Program-made: the position numbers and the translations under genes | Shown here: positions 24,082 to 25,341 of the stretch, one piece after another | How the letters are laid out: every line of letters starts with the position of its first letter | Numbering within the stretch: position 1 is the first letter of the stretch | NCBI GenBank assembly: GCA_900321595.1 | Contig: ONWP01000017.1 | Coordinates: 1 to 25,341, forward strand | Origin: an uncultured Eubacteriales bacterium | Lineage (GTDB): Bacteria > Bacillota > Clostridia > Oscillospirales > Acutalibacteraceae | Length of the DNA: 25,341 bases | Direction of reading: 5' to 3' | The notes under the pieces: model-generated | Database searches by the model: none | What the model saw: the letters and a program-made list of their open reading frames with translations, nothing else | What the model was told of the DNA's origin: nothing

Positions 24082-25341
24082 ATGAGAACAGGCAAACGAA
24101 CGAGAGCGTTTTTGGCTCTCCTTCTCTCCCTGGTGATGATCCTGTCCGTCGCGCCGCTGAGCGCTCTGGCCGATCTGAGCTTCGAACCCGACAAGCTCGA
24201 TCCGACCATGAAGCTCACCAGCAAGACGGATTACGCGCTTGCGCCGGGCATCACCGAATCCGCTATCATCACGCACGATCTGGACGGCTCCAATCAGGTT
24301 AAGAGCTGGGCTGTCGAGGTCGACCTGCAGAATTATCCCAGCACGCAGATCCTTGCCTCCTACAAGGACTACATGAACAATCTGGGACCTGCCCAGTGGG
24401 GCATGCAGAAGGTTCGCGATCAGGCCGCGAAGGCTGAAGCGTTCTATCAGGCGACTGATCCGAATTTCCGCGTTGTCGCTGCGACGAACGGCGATTTCTT
24501 CAACATGGGCAACGGCGCTCCCACGGGCACGTTCGTCATGAATACGAAGGTCTATAACGTCAACGAGGGCTGGCCGTACTTCGCCATCATGAAGGACGGC
24601 ACCGCTAAGATCGGTCAGGGCGACCTGAACCTTGACGACGCGAAGGAAGTCATCGGCGGCCCCGGCATCGTCATCAAGGACGGCGAGATCACCGACGTGG
24701 GACTTGACAGCAGCTACGGCGTCGATCCGCTGCCGCGTACCGCCGTCGGCATCAAGGCCAACGGCGCGGTCGTGCTGCTGGTGGCTGACGGCCGTCAGGC
24801 GCCCGTCTCCAACGGTCAGACCTGGAAGATGATGGCTGAAGAGCTGCTGGCCATGGGCTGCGTGGACGCGCTGGGTCTGGACGGCGGCGGCTCCACCACC
24901 ATGGTGACGCGTCATGAGGGAACCGACACCCTTGAGCTGGCGAACAGCCCCTCCGACGGCGTGGAGCGTACCGTTTCCTCCGCGATCCTCGTCTGCTCCA
25001 AGGCTGCGGCCGACGGCGTGTTCGATCACGCCTCCGTCGAGCCCAAGGGCGAGATCTTCACCCCCGGCAGCGCCGTGACGCTGACGGCGACCGGCGCGGA
25101 CGCCTCCGGCAACCCCGCCGACCTGCCTGAGAACGGTGCGTTCGAGGTGGACGATCCCGAGATGGGTTCGATCAGCGGCAGCACCTTCACCGCGCTCGAG
25201 AAAGAGGGCGAGGTGAAGATCAACTACGTGGTGGACGGCGCCGTCAAGGGCAGCACCGCCTTTGAGATCCGCACCCCCGACAAGATCACCTTCAACTCCG
25301 ACGAGGAATCCCTCGGCTTCGAGGAGGAGACCGACTTCGGC
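24082..25341 (+). CDS. Secreted phosphodiester glycosidase (NAGPA) family protein, 3'-truncated by the window edge
   Basis: Absent from the ORF track because it is open-ended. It translates as MRTGKRTRAFLALLLSLVMILSVAPLSALA (signal peptide), then VVAATNGDFFN, PRTAVGIKANG, VADGRQAPVSNG and LDGGGSTTM, followed by an Ig-like segment. RBS AAAGGA. Confidence 0.9.
   Translation, partial: MRTGKRTRAFLALLLSLVMILSVAPLSALADLSFEPDKLDPTMKLTSKTDYALAPGITESAIITHDLDGSNQVKSWAVEVDLQNYPSTQILASYKDYMNNLGPAQWGMQKVRDQAAKAEAFYQATDPNFRVVAATNGDFFNMGNGAPTGTFVMNTKVYNVNEGWPYFAIMKDGTAKIGQGDLNLDDAKEVIGGPGIVIKDGEITDVGLDSSYGVDPLPRTAVGIKANGAVVLLVADGRQAPVSNGQTWKMMAEELLAMGCVDALGLDGGGSTTMVTRHEGTDTLELANSPSDGVERTVSSAILVCSKAAADGVFDHASVEPKGEIFTPGSAVTLTATGADASGNPADLPENGAFEVDDPEMGSISGSTFTALEKEGEVKINYVVDGAVKGSTAFEIRTPDKITFNSDEESLGFEEETDFG

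Noticed and set aside
5259-25341. Prophage, ICE or genomic island with mobility genes
   Set aside because: No integrase, transposase, relaxase, tRNA or att-like direct repeat was recognised, and coding-region GC and codon style resemble the housekeeping operon by eye.

Overview
GC-rich window, probably from a Clostridia/Oscillospirales-type anaerobe (inferred from gene order, Firmicutes-style promoters and RBSs, and protein style). The left ~5.3 kb is a housekeeping operon: 5'-truncated infB, rbfA, a DHH phosphoesterase, truB, ribF and maf. A DUF4140/DUF4139 gene and an aldo/keto reductase follow. The remaining ~17 kb is accessory and appears lipid- or envelope-oriented. It contains: a minus-strand pair encoding a geranylgeranyl-reductase-like flavoprotein and a secreted clan GH-A-like hydrolase; two paralogous secreted LCAT/lipase-like alpha/beta hydrolases with Cys in the nucleophile elbow (GQCMG/GQCLG), a shared 24-bp promoter motif and amphipathic C-terminal tails; a small ORF between them; a secreted PHP metallophosphoesterase; an XRE-HTH/DUF2157 membrane protein with a partner; and a heptamer-repeat spacer. 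A minus-strand operon then encodes an MBL hydrolase, a stand-alone condensation domain, an acyl-AMP ligase, a carrier protein and an NTF2/SnoaL-LytTR regulator, resembling a fatty-acid-amide (NRPS-like) pathway. The window ends inside a secreted phosphodiester glycosidase (NAGPA) gene. No tRNA, rRNA, CRISPR array or mobile-element gene was recognised. All family calls come from motif recognition by eye, not database searches.
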